A stretch of DNA of 60,680 nt from a virus (lineage: Duplodnaviria; Caudoviricetes). Where the stretch lies: positions 1 through 60,680 of IMG/VR virus record IMGVR_UViG_3300037307_000478. One strand, written 5' to 3'. Of the stretch, positions 1 to 8,385 are shown piece after piece (the first letter of the stretch is position 1; each line of letters opens with the position of its first letter). The notes below the pieces were generated by a model, which saw only the letters and a list, made by a program, of their open reading frames with translations, was not told the DNA's origin and ran no database searches. Made by a program: the position numbers and the translations under genes.

Positions 1-149
1 TGTTACGTAGAGCAAATACTAAATCTTCTTTGCTTGCTACTTCGTTTACGTTGCCGTTTAAATTTTCGTTACCTATTTATTAATCGGATGATAACAACCG
101 ATGCCTGCATAACTATCAATCACTGATGGGTCTATATCCATTCACCCCC
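1..149 (-). ncRNA. ssrA: tmRNA, 5' portion (3' part lies outside the window)
   Basis: Minus strand begins GGGGGTGAATGGATATAGAC (tmRNA-like 5' end with G3), followed by GCA and a pk1-like pseudoknot (ATCGG/CCGAT, GTTATC/GGTAAC). Next comes TTAAAC|GGC AAC, a typical resume context giving the tag GNVNEVASKEDLVFALRN... A host-type promoter lies just upstream. Confidence 0.8.
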
Positions 150-159
150 ATTATTTTTA

Positions 160-191
160 CAAAGATATATATTATAATTTAAAACAACAAA
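160..191 (-). promoter_or_regulatory. Bacteroidota primary-sigma promoter for tmRNA
   Basis: Minus strand TTTG (191-188), 20 nt spacer, TATCTTTG (167-160); matches the -33/-7 consensus. Confidence 0.75.
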
Positions 192-202
192 AAGTTTAAT
201 TT

Positions 203-811
203 CTAACATATTTCAATCACATCTTCTTTTACTTCACCACCGAAATGAAAAACCATATATCCAAATCTATGTTGTTCGTCTGTTTTAACATAATACTTTT
301 TACCATCTATCGAAATAGTAAATACATCAGGTGCTCCATATTTAACATCTTTAAATTGGATTCTCAGTTTATCTTCAACTATTTTCCAAAGATGTTTAAA
401 AACTATATGTTCTATTTGACTTACACCATTGAAAGCTCTTTTATATTCTTCTCCTATTTTAAAAAGGATTTCATTGTTTATAATAAAGTCTATTTTTTCT
501 TCCCTTGCTTTAGTTTTATCATCTGAAAAACGAAGAAAGTCGATAGAAGTCCCATAGGATTTAAATTCATTTGTATATCTAATGGTATACACCATAATAT
601 TTCCTTTTTTACTATATGTATAGACTTTTCTTCCACCATTTTTTTCTGGAACTTGAGTAACAACATAATCAGTTACTTCTTTCAAAATAGATCTGCGAAT
701 TTTGTTTCGTTCTACACACTTTAAGTAAAGATCATGGATTTCTTCAATAGACCATTTTTTGGCCTTTCGTTTAAATTTTTTCTCAAACCATATATACTCA
801 TAGTTTAACAT
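203..811 (-). CDS. hypothetical protein, internal REEKIDFII motif
   Basis: 202 aa ORF directly downstream of a host-type promoter. Confidence 0.75.
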   Translation of the reverse strand: MLNYEYIWFEKKFKRKAKKWSIEEIHDLYLKCVERNKIRRSILKEVTDYVVTQVPEKNGGRKVYTYSKKGNIMVYTIRYTNEFKSYGTSIDFLRFSDDKTKAREEKIDFIINNEILFKIGEEYKRAFNGVSQIEHIVFKHLWKIVEDKLRIQFKDVKYGAPDVFTISIDGKKYYVKTDEQHRFGYMVFHFGGEVKEDVIEIC

Positions 812-815
812 TCTA

Positions 816-847
816 CAAAAATAATTAATATTTACAAGAATACCAAA
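816..847 (-). promoter_or_regulatory. Bacteroidota-type (early) promoter
   Basis: TTTG (847-844)-N20-TATTTTTG (823-816). Confidence 0.7.
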
Positions 848-848
848 T

Positions 849-856
849 AATATATA
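849..856 (+). promoter_or_regulatory. putative late promoter AATATATA
   Basis: The same octamer recurs shortly upstream of most structural genes. Confidence 0.6.
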
Positions 857-862
857 CTGTTA

Positions 863-1240
863 ATGAAGTACTTAAAAAGATTTAAAGAAATAACTGCCTA
901 CGATTATAATATTACAGACAATCCAGAATCATTATCTAAAAGAGATATTGATATGATTATTCAGAGTTGTGAAAAAAATAGTTGGAATTGGGAAAAAAGA
1001 ACAAGAGATTCTGAATTTCAAATTGAATTCTCAAAAAGCGATTATTGTTATACAATTAATATAGAAAGACAAAATGATGAATATTATCTAGTTCACATAT
1101 TTTTTGAAGATTATTTAAATCCACAAAAAGATGATGATAAGTATTTATTATTGGATGGTAATGACGATCTTAGATATTTCTTAGAAAATCTAGAAAAATT
1201 CTATAATCATAAAAGATTATTTAGCATTAAATCACTTTAA
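863..1240 (+). CDS. hypothetical protein, MKYLKRFKE leader, divergent DEW/CDQ-family domain
   Basis: NDEYYLV...LLDGNDDLRYFLE resembles the repeats in 5319..7979. Confidence 0.75.
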   Translation: MKYLKRFKEITAYDYNITDNPESLSKRDIDMIIQSCEKNSWNWEKRTRDSEFQIEFSKSDYCYTINIERQNDEYYLVHIFFEDYLNPQKDDDKYLLLDGNDDLRYFLENLEKFYNHKRLFSIKSL

Positions 1241-1668
1241 AAAGGAACATCTTCATCAAATGTTGGATTTGAAACATCCTCATCATAGTAGAATTTAGCG
1301 GTCAATAATGGATCGCCTTCTTTACTTTCCCACAAATCAAATTCAGAATCATATTGAATTAATATATCACTTTCAAATTTCTTTAAAAGATTCATTATTT
1401 TCATTATATTGGGAAATTTTTCAGTTTTATTTAGCACAAATTGAATATTAATACATCCCTCATCGTCAGTAAAGACATAATAATTTTCTATATTAGAATT
1501 TTTTATCATTTTTCTTAATGTAGATAATAAAGTTTCTAATATATCTTCCTGTCCAATTTCATCAATGTCGTCGATATTTGGAATATCACCAAAATCGTCA
1601 TCATTTTCAAACGGCTCGTCGATATCATTATTTTCTTTAATTATGTCTAAAAATTTCTTTAGTTTCAT
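1237..1668 (-). CDS. acidic protein with leader and SSB-like C-terminus (FDEDVPF)
   Basis: Starts MKLKKFLDIIKEN and ends PTFDEDVPF. Confidence 0.75.
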   Translation of the reverse strand: MKLKKFLDIIKENNDIDEPFENDDDFGDIPNIDDIDEIGQEDILETLLSTLRKMIKNSNIENYYVFTDDEGCINIQFVLNKTEKFPNIMKIMNLLKKFESDILIQYDSEFDLWESKEGDPLLTAKFYYDEDVSNPTFDEDVPF

Positions 1669-1669
1669 A

Positions 1670-3289
1670 TTAATATATTTGTATTTTTAAAATATTACCA
1701 TCAAATTTAACATCAGGACTGCATCTATGAATAAGTAAAAAAGATTCAATTGATGATAAATCTTCATAAGCATTACTTAACGACGAATCATCGAATTCTA
1801 TGGTGATTTCTATTTTACCTTCAACTCCCTTAACTAATACCTCATTGTAGTAAACCATATCTTTAATGTCTTTAATTAATAAAGACCATTTGTCGAGCAA
1901 TTCTTGATCAATTCCAATTTTTCTTTTTACAACTAAATTACTCCAATCTACTGCTACACAAGCTTTCGCTAATCTTTCCAAATAAGTTATATTTTGAACC
2001 TCATCGTGTGTGTGTTCATTAAAATATCCAACAGATATATTAGTACATTCAGGTATATAATCAATAAAATTAGCCGAATCAGTAAATACTCCGGTTGGAT
2101 CTAAATTCAATTTCAATCCGCTTTTATTTAATTCTTTACATAATGATTCTCCAAATTCATCTGAACAACAAGTTACACCCATTTGTTCTGTGATAACAGA
2201 ATAGTAATTTCTTCTATCAAAAGAAACAACTTTTTTAATATCTTTTAAAAATGGAAAAGAAGAAAAATCATCAGCTACTTTACCAGAACCTATTCCACCT
2301 CTTTCTTCACCAATAAAAAAGTAATAAACCCCCGGAACATTATGAGCCATCATATAAAGCATAATCGCTACACCAGATTTATCATCAGCTCCTAATATAG
2401 TTGTTCCATCAGTCATTAAAAGCTCCTGACCATCTTTCATATTAGAAACTATAATAACATCACTTTTATCTCTAGATGCGGTATCTAAATGAGATGTAAA
2501 CATAGTATCTGAATTTCCTATTATCTTGTAGTAGTTGCCATATTTATCTTTAGTAAGGTCATCTGGCATAAACTTCATCACTTCTTCTTCATGTCCATGT
2601 GGATATGTTTCAGTCACTAAAGAAATAAAAGTTGATCTTACATTTTTTGGATCATATTTAAACGGCGGGACTTCAACAACATTTTCGGGATTTATTTTAG
2701 CTCTATTTTTAATCTTATTATAATCTCTTACAAAGTCATAAATCTGTCCTTTATTATACTTAGAACCTAAGTATGTTCTAATAAATTCTCCAACTTTTAC
2801 TTGACCTTTTCTTCCATTATGATAAAATACATCTAGATAATAATCATCATCAGAAACATCAATCATTGATATACCCATTTTATTTTTAATGTCGGTATTA
2901 TCATCTAATTCAATTATAGACCAAGCTATTTCATTATCAATTTTATCCAGCATTATCCAGAAATCATCTGAGTATTTCATAGGCAATGATTCCATTTGTG
3001 ATAATCTTTTGGATGTGCTCATATCTCTACCTTTATTTTCTATGTTTTTAAAGACTTTTACAAAATCTTCCAAATCTTTTTCAGTATATTTATTTCCTAA
3101 AATAGTTTTTAATGTATTGACATTCACTTTTTCTTTTCCTAAAGTAACTATTTCTACATAATTTGGAGCATTTGAATATATTGCATTTAAATCATTTATT
3201 ATCTTATTTAATTTTTTGATTCCTAATTTTTCCATAGAATCAAAAATATCAAATGTTCCTTTTGTTAAATAAACTCCTACTGCTGCCAT
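1670..3289 (-). CDS. M28/M20-family zinc metallopeptidase with N-terminal extension
   Basis: Metal-ligand motifs SHLDT, LGADDKSG, GEERG, SFDRR, FTDS, NEHT. Confidence 0.85.
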   Translation of the reverse strand: MAAVGVYLTKGTFDIFDSMEKLGIKKLNKIINDLNAIYSNAPNYVEIVTLGKEKVNVNTLKTILGNKYTEKDLEDFVKVFKNIENKGRDMSTSKRLSQMESLPMKYSDDFWIMLDKIDNEIAWSIIELDDNTDIKNKMGISMIDVSDDDYYLDVFYHNGRKGQVKVGEFIRTYLGSKYNKGQIYDFVRDYNKIKNRAKINPENVVEVPPFKYDPKNVRSTFISLVTETYPHGHEEEVMKFMPDDLTKDKYGNYYKIIGNSDTMFTSHLDTASRDKSDVIIVSNMKDGQELLMTDGTTILGADDKSGVAIMLYMMAHNVPGVYYFFIGEERGGIGSGKVADDFSSFPFLKDIKKVVSFDRRNYYSVITEQMGVTCCSDEFGESLCKELNKSGLKLNLDPTGVFTDSANFIDYIPECTNISVGYFNEHTHDEVQNITYLERLAKACVAVDWSNLVVKRKIGIDQELLDKWSLLIKDIKDMVYYNEVLVKGVEGKIEITIEFDDSSLSNAYEDLSSIESFLLIHRCSPDVKFDGNILKIQIY

Positions 3290-3317
3290 CTATTATCCTA
3301 ATTTATTAAAGTATATA

Positions 3318-3707
3318 TTATTTTTTATTTACAATAATTTCATTTGCATTTTTATAATCAACCTTTACTTGACCTGGATTCATTCCTTTTTCTTTTTTAA
3401 CAAACTTTTTTTTACAATAAACCACCACAACTTTATCATCTTTAGATTTAGAATTTTTAGCGGTTATTTCTGCTGCTTGTTTAATTACATCTTCGGTTGG
3501 TAAATTATTTTTTACCTTTATTAAAACATGACTACCAGGAACTCCCTTTGCATGCATCCATATATCATCATCGGATGACATTTCAAATGTTATCATATCA
3601 TTTGCATTGGCATCTTTTCCTTGTATAACAACAAAATCACCTATTAAATATTTTTTAATATTTGGTTTGATTTTTTTAGACTCATTATATGTTTTTAGGT
3701 ATTTCAT
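3318..3707 (-). CDS. stand-alone NFACT-R (RqcH/Rqc2 RNA-binding, DUF814) domain protein
   Basis: GKDANAND, DIWMHAKGVPGSHV, AAEITAKNSK, KFVKK..PGQV; leader MKYLKTYNES. Confidence 0.85.
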   Translation of the reverse strand: MKYLKTYNESKKIKPNIKKYLIGDFVVIQGKDANANDMITFEMSSDDDIWMHAKGVPGSHVLIKVKNNLPTEDVIKQAAEITAKNSKSKDDKVVVVYCKKKFVKKEKGMNPGQVKVDYKNANEIIVNKK

Positions 3708-4093
3708 CTTGTATGTATATATTTAAATGTGAAATCTTGAATATCATATAATAAAATACTTTCATGACCATATATAATTATAATATCTTTAAATACTGAA
3801 TATCCATGAGTTTCATATACACCAGATATTACTGCAAATAGTTCTTCATTTTTAAAAACTAAAAAAAGGTCAGAACCATAATGATGACAAACTTTAATAT
3901 TTCTAAATGTTCTTACCCCCCATCCTTTTTGGAAGGATAAAATATCCTCAAGATTGAGATCCGATATTATTTCTTTTCTGTCATCTATATCAGTAATTTT
4001 TTCATCGTGTGAAATAAAATCTACATTTTTATCATGTATAATTTTATTCCATGTTAATGTTTCATCAGATTCATTATACTTCTTTATTTTCAT
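3704..4093 (-). CDS. hypothetical protein with MKIKKYNES leader
   Basis: Overlaps its neighbours within a late operon. Confidence 0.75.
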   Translation of the reverse strand: MKIKKYNESDETLTWNKIIHDKNVDFISHDEKITDIDDRKEIISDLNLEDILSFQKGWGVRTFRNIKVCHHYGSDLFLVFKNEELFAVISGVYETHGYSVFKDIIIIYGHESILLYDIQDFTFKYIHTR

Positions 4094-4496
4094 TTTTAAA
4101 TTTATTTTTTAATATATCATTTATACATTTAGTAACCCCAATGATATCATCACATTTATAATATGCATTCCAATCAAAAATATAATACCAATAATCTTCT
4201 CCTTTATCAATATTTAGTAGGAAAATATTTAAATCATATTTACGCCTTTCGACTGGTTCATAACTTATAGTTATTGATTCTGGAATTTTTTGGCCAGTTT
4301 TTGAATTAATTGAAGTTCCGATATGCAATTTTGGATAAATTTTTAACTTATTTATATCCTTAATATGTTTTTCTAAAAAACCTCTTTCATAAGGAGAATA
4401 TTGTTCTAATTTATTAGTAGCATTTTGATATTGATATTGATATATTCTTTTATATAATTCAGTTTCATTACCCTCAAACTTCTTTAAATATTTCAT
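4074..4496 (-). CDS. single DEW/CDQ-family domain protein
   Basis: MKYLKKFEG leader; EDYWYY..YYKCDDIIGVTKCI. Confidence 0.75.
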   Translation of the reverse strand: MKYLKKFEGNETELYKRIYQYQYQNATNKLEQYSPYERGFLEKHIKDINKLKIYPKLHIGTSINSKTGQKIPESITISYEPVERRKYDLNIFLLNIDKGEDYWYYIFDWNAYYKCDDIIGVTKCINDILKNKFKNENKEV

Positions 4497-5326
4497 AAGT
4501 GATTTTTTAAATTTTCAATAAGTCTATCAGCTCTGCTATATATTTCTTCTAATAATTCAATGTTAGCTGTATAATAATCGACCCCCTTATTTACATAAAA
4601 GGCTTCAATTAAATCATCAGGAACATTTATTCCGGAATATCTGCATTGATATACAATTGGTAAAATTGCTTGTTCAGGATTAAAATCTTCTTTTTGATAA
4701 GATGGTGGTAGAGGCTTATTGTTATAATCATTCGCTCCATCGTCACCATGTATGTAAAATCCTGCAAATTTTCCTTGAAGATGATTCTTCAGTAAATAAT
4801 CAAATTCTCCAGATTGCGCAAATTTACCAGTAATATCTGAATTTTTCAAATTTCCTTTTCCAAGAACTCTTTCGGCATCTCCCCTTGTTAGAGTTTGATT
4901 AGCACAAACTAATCTATCAAATAGAGATTTAACTTGTGATGTAACTGAATACCAATGTATAGGACTAAAAACTATAAAAGCATCTGATTCTTTTAACCTC
5001 GTATAAACATCTTCATCGTGCATCAAATCGGGTGCTTTATCACTATCTTTAGAATAACAATCACATTCCCAATGACAATGGTAACCTCCGGCGGTAGAAA
5101 TACATCCTTTACAAGGCTGAATCGTTGATTTTTTAGATAAATTAACAGATAAATCTATAACATCAAATTCAAAATCATTAGAATATTTATCCATCACATA
5201 TTCAATTATCTTATGAGTTTTACTTTCCATATTTGGACAAGTATCTTTATCCCTTGGAGATCCTTGAAAAAGGACTACCTTGGGACGATTATAATTTAAC
5301 TCCTCAAATAATTTTATTTTAATCAT
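4493..5326 (-). CDS. flavodoxin-fold NAD(P)H-dependent FMN reductase / iron-sulfur flavoprotein-like
   Basis: FQGSPR, PCKGC..CHWECDC, SPIHWYSVTSQVKSLFDRL, LQGK; probable start at MIKIKLFEE (5326). Confidence 0.85.
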   Translation of the reverse strand: MIKIKLFEELNYNRPKVVLFQGSPRDKDTCPNMESKTHKIIEYVMDKYSNDFEFDVIDLSVNLSKKSTIQPCKGCISTAGGYHCHWECDCYSKDSDKAPDLMHDEDVYTRLKESDAFIVFSPIHWYSVTSQVKSLFDRLVCANQTLTRGDAERVLGKGNLKNSDITGKFAQSGEFDYLLKNHLQGKFAGFYIHGDDGANDYNNKPLPPSYQKEDFNPEQAILPIVYQCRYSGINVPDDLIEAFYVNKGVDYYTANIELLEEIYSRADRLIENLKNHL

Positions 5327-7979
5327 AATACTCATCTAATTTTTCTAAACAAGATAATACTCCATCAATTTGGTCACATTTAAACATCCAATTATTTGTA
5401 TCTCTTACTAAAAACCATTCATCTTTTAGTTTTGTTATAATAATGATATCATCAACAATAATACTTTTTTGAGGGATTCCCCAAGAAGGAAAATCACTGC
5501 CGGGACCATAGATTTCATATTTTTTACCTCTAGATAATATTTCTATTTCTTTTTGTGTAAAGTCTTCAATATTAGGTTTCTCACTTTTATAATAATCGTC
5601 TTGTTGCCCATCCTCATCTGGGTCTGAATCATTCATCCACAACATCTCATCATATTCTACATCATCTATTTCCTCATAATATCCTTCTTTATGAAATGAC
5701 TCATTTAGGGAAGAAATTTTTTCTATTTGTATAATATAGAAATCGTCACGTAATGGACTTTCAAAATTTATTATATCATATCCATATTTTTGAATTGATT
5801 TTCTAAAAACATCATCAATGTAATAATGGAATGATATAGTTATATCATAATCCTCATTGATTCTAACTAAAATATCTAATCTTTGATTTCCAGATATAGA
5901 TTCAGTTATATCATATTCATATATTCCAAATTTTTTAATCTTTTCGCGATAGATATTTCCTTCACAATATTCTAATTCTAAACGATCAACGACTCTTATT
6001 TCAAATGCATCTTTAACATCTTCAAAAGTTTCTTTACTATGATATGACTCCTTTAGTGGCTTATTAAATGTCTTCAATAGTTCTAATAATCCTTCAATTT
6101 GATCACATTTATAAAATTTTGTTGTTTCTCCTATTTTACTAGCCACATCTCGAAGTTCAACAATATACCATTCATCCTCTATCTTATTAATATAGGCTTT
6201 TTGTTTCATAGAACTATTCTTCGATGTTTTCATCTCTTCGTCAGTTTTTAATATGGCTAAAGTGAAATTTGGCAAATCTGTAATATGCACAGATTCTTCT
6301 TCAACATAATAAGCATGAAAAACTTTTTTCTTACCATTACTGTAAGTTACCTCAATTGTATCACTACCCACAGATTCACAGAGATCAAATTGATCATAAA
6401 TTGTAAAATCACCATAAGAGGATTCTATATTAGCTGGAAAAGAATGCACTTCAACAAAATCATTTATTTTTGATATTTCATTTTCGGTGAAGCAATGTAT
6501 TTTATCTCCTCTTAGTAAATTAAAATATTCCCTATTGCTTAGAGATGTATAATATTCTTGTTTTTTATTCTCATATGTTTTTACATACATATCTTTTTTC
6601 CAATTACCATAAATATCTTTTAAAAATTTAATTACACTATCTATTTGATCGCATAAATAAAATTTCTTTCCTAATCCACCATGTTCTATAAGATACCATT
6701 CATCCTTTATTTTATTGATATATGTTTTTTTAGATATTTTATCCCACATACCTGTACTTTCTATCATAATACAAAAATCTTCTAATTCATCTAATAATAC
6801 ATCATCCTTGCCGCTTGATGATTGATATTTTTTTATTGATCCATCGGAATGATGTATTATGACTTCATTATAATCTATATCTATAAGCTTATTTAATTCA
6901 ATTCCTTTTTTAGTATTAAATTTATCAGATATTAAAAAACTATCATAAGATGTTTCTAGTAAAGCATTTATTTTAGTAAATTCAATTCTACCCAAACCAT
7001 CAAATACGGATTCAATTAATTTAGATTCATTTTTTGTAAAACAACAAAAAATATTACCACTTTTTAAGTGTTCTGCATATTTTTCTCTAGTTATTTCTTT
7101 ATAATATTCCTCAGTTACATAATCAATTGGTAATAATGTTTTCAAACAACTAATTACACCTTCTATTTGATCACATTCATAATAGTGTGGGTAATCGGTT
7201 AACAAAAACCACTCATCTTTAAAAGATTCAATTCTAATATATTTTCTTGTTGATTTTATATCTTTATAAGGCATCCAAAATCCAAGAGAAGATGAGTCAT
7301 CATCATTATTATAGTAATCTGAATCTTTAAGTCCGTAAGGTTTTAGAATAGATTTAATTTTATCTATATCTTTTTGTTTAATGTAACTAGATTTATCATT
7401 TCGGAATTTCGAACCTAAATCTCCTGGTTTTACATTTAAGAATCCTAAATCTAAGCTTTCATTTCTTTTAGGAATCACAATTTCTTCAAGAAATTTAATT
7501 AATCCATCTAATTGGTCGCACCTATAAAACTGTTCACCCATTCCATATTGATAGATATAAAACCAATCATCAGTACACTTGAAGATTTCAAAAAATACAA
7601 CATCTCTCCATTCATTTCTATATGGATCTCTTTTTGATGGCCTTAATTTACTTTTCGTTAATTGTAAAATACCATTGTGTAATATATTATCTCTTTCTTT
7701 ATTAATATTGGCAGGCCCGACATGATGTAGACCTTGTATATTTAACTTTTTAACTTCAAACGGAGTATATGATAAAGCCTCATCAATTTTAGAAACCTCA
7801 ATCTTAGAAAAGTTTTCTATTGAATCATAATTAAAATGTCCAGCAGCGGAAGCTATTTTTATTACAGGATGTGTCATAACATTAACTTCTTCTTCTGGTA
7901 GAAAAAATTTATTATAAAAATCACTACAACTTATTTTCTCATAATAATTTAAAGATTCAAATAGCTTTAAATATTTCAT
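5319..7979 (-). CDS. multi-repeat protein (five DEW...CDQ domains), putative polyprotein
   Basis: Five copies of K.xD[ED]W[FY]...[FY]xCDQ[IL][DE][GS]; MKYLKLFES leader. Confidence 0.8.
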   Translation of the reverse strand: MKYLKLFESLNYYEKISCSDFYNKFFLPEEEVNVMTHPVIKIASAAGHFNYDSIENFSKIEVSKIDEALSYTPFEVKKLNIQGLHHVGPANINKERDNILHNGILQLTKSKLRPSKRDPYRNEWRDVVFFEIFKCTDDWFYIYQYGMGEQFYRCDQLDGLIKFLEEIVIPKRNESLDLGFLNVKPGDLGSKFRNDKSSYIKQKDIDKIKSILKPYGLKDSDYYNNDDDSSSLGFWMPYKDIKSTRKYIRIESFKDEWFLLTDYPHYYECDQIEGVISCLKTLLPIDYVTEEYYKEITREKYAEHLKSGNIFCCFTKNESKLIESVFDGLGRIEFTKINALLETSYDSFLISDKFNTKKGIELNKLIDIDYNEVIIHHSDGSIKKYQSSSGKDDVLLDELEDFCIMIESTGMWDKISKKTYINKIKDEWYLIEHGGLGKKFYLCDQIDSVIKFLKDIYGNWKKDMYVKTYENKKQEYYTSLSNREYFNLLRGDKIHCFTENEISKINDFVEVHSFPANIESSYGDFTIYDQFDLCESVGSDTIEVTYSNGKKKVFHAYYVEEESVHITDLPNFTLAILKTDEEMKTSKNSSMKQKAYINKIEDEWYIVELRDVASKIGETTKFYKCDQIEGLLELLKTFNKPLKESYHSKETFEDVKDAFEIRVVDRLELEYCEGNIYREKIKKFGIYEYDITESISGNQRLDILVRINEDYDITISFHYYIDDVFRKSIQKYGYDIINFESPLRDDFYIIQIEKISSLNESFHKEGYYEEIDDVEYDEMLWMNDSDPDEDGQQDDYYKSEKPNIEDFTQKEIEILSRGKKYEIYGPGSDFPSWGIPQKSIIVDDIIIITKLKDEWFLVRDTNNWMFKCDQIDGVLSCLEKLDEYYD

Positions 7980-8314
7980 TTGTTTATAACTTTATTTAAA
8001 TATTGTAGTCCATAATACATATCTACAACTCTTAATTTAATTACCCCTTGAACTGCAGGAGAATTAAAACTTTGCCCCGGCTTTCTCAATAATGCAGTTA
8101 TCCATACATAATCACCTCTCTTAACTTCTTTTGTAGATAGATCGGTATTCACTGGCCATGCATTTCCTTCTTTCACTGGAATATCTTTAGGATCTAAAAA
8201 AATATCTAGTATTTCTTCTATTTGATATTCACCAGATAATTTATCCATATTTAATTCCAAATTAGAATTCTCTATATCTTTAGATAATTCGTCATATTTT
8301 TTTATTTTACTCAT
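7976..8314 (-). CDS. hypothetical protein, first gene of leader-bearing late operon
   Basis: MSKIKKYDE; late promoter at 8321-8328. Confidence 0.75.
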   Translation of the reverse strand: MSKIKKYDELSKDIENSNLELNMDKLSGEYQIEEILDIFLDPKDIPVKEGNAWPVNTDLSTKEVKRGDYVWITALLRKPGQSFNSPAVQGVIKLRVVDMYYGLQYLNKVINK

Positions 8315-8320
8315 AATAGA

Positions 8321-8360
8321 TATATATTAAATTAAACAAGGTATTATTTTTTAATATATA
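8321..8360. promoter_or_regulatory. divergent pair of late promoters
   Basis: TATATATT 8321-8328 (minus) and AATATATA 8353-8360 (plus). Confidence 0.6.
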
Positions 8361-8385
8361 ACCTAATAAGAAATTTTAAAAAATA

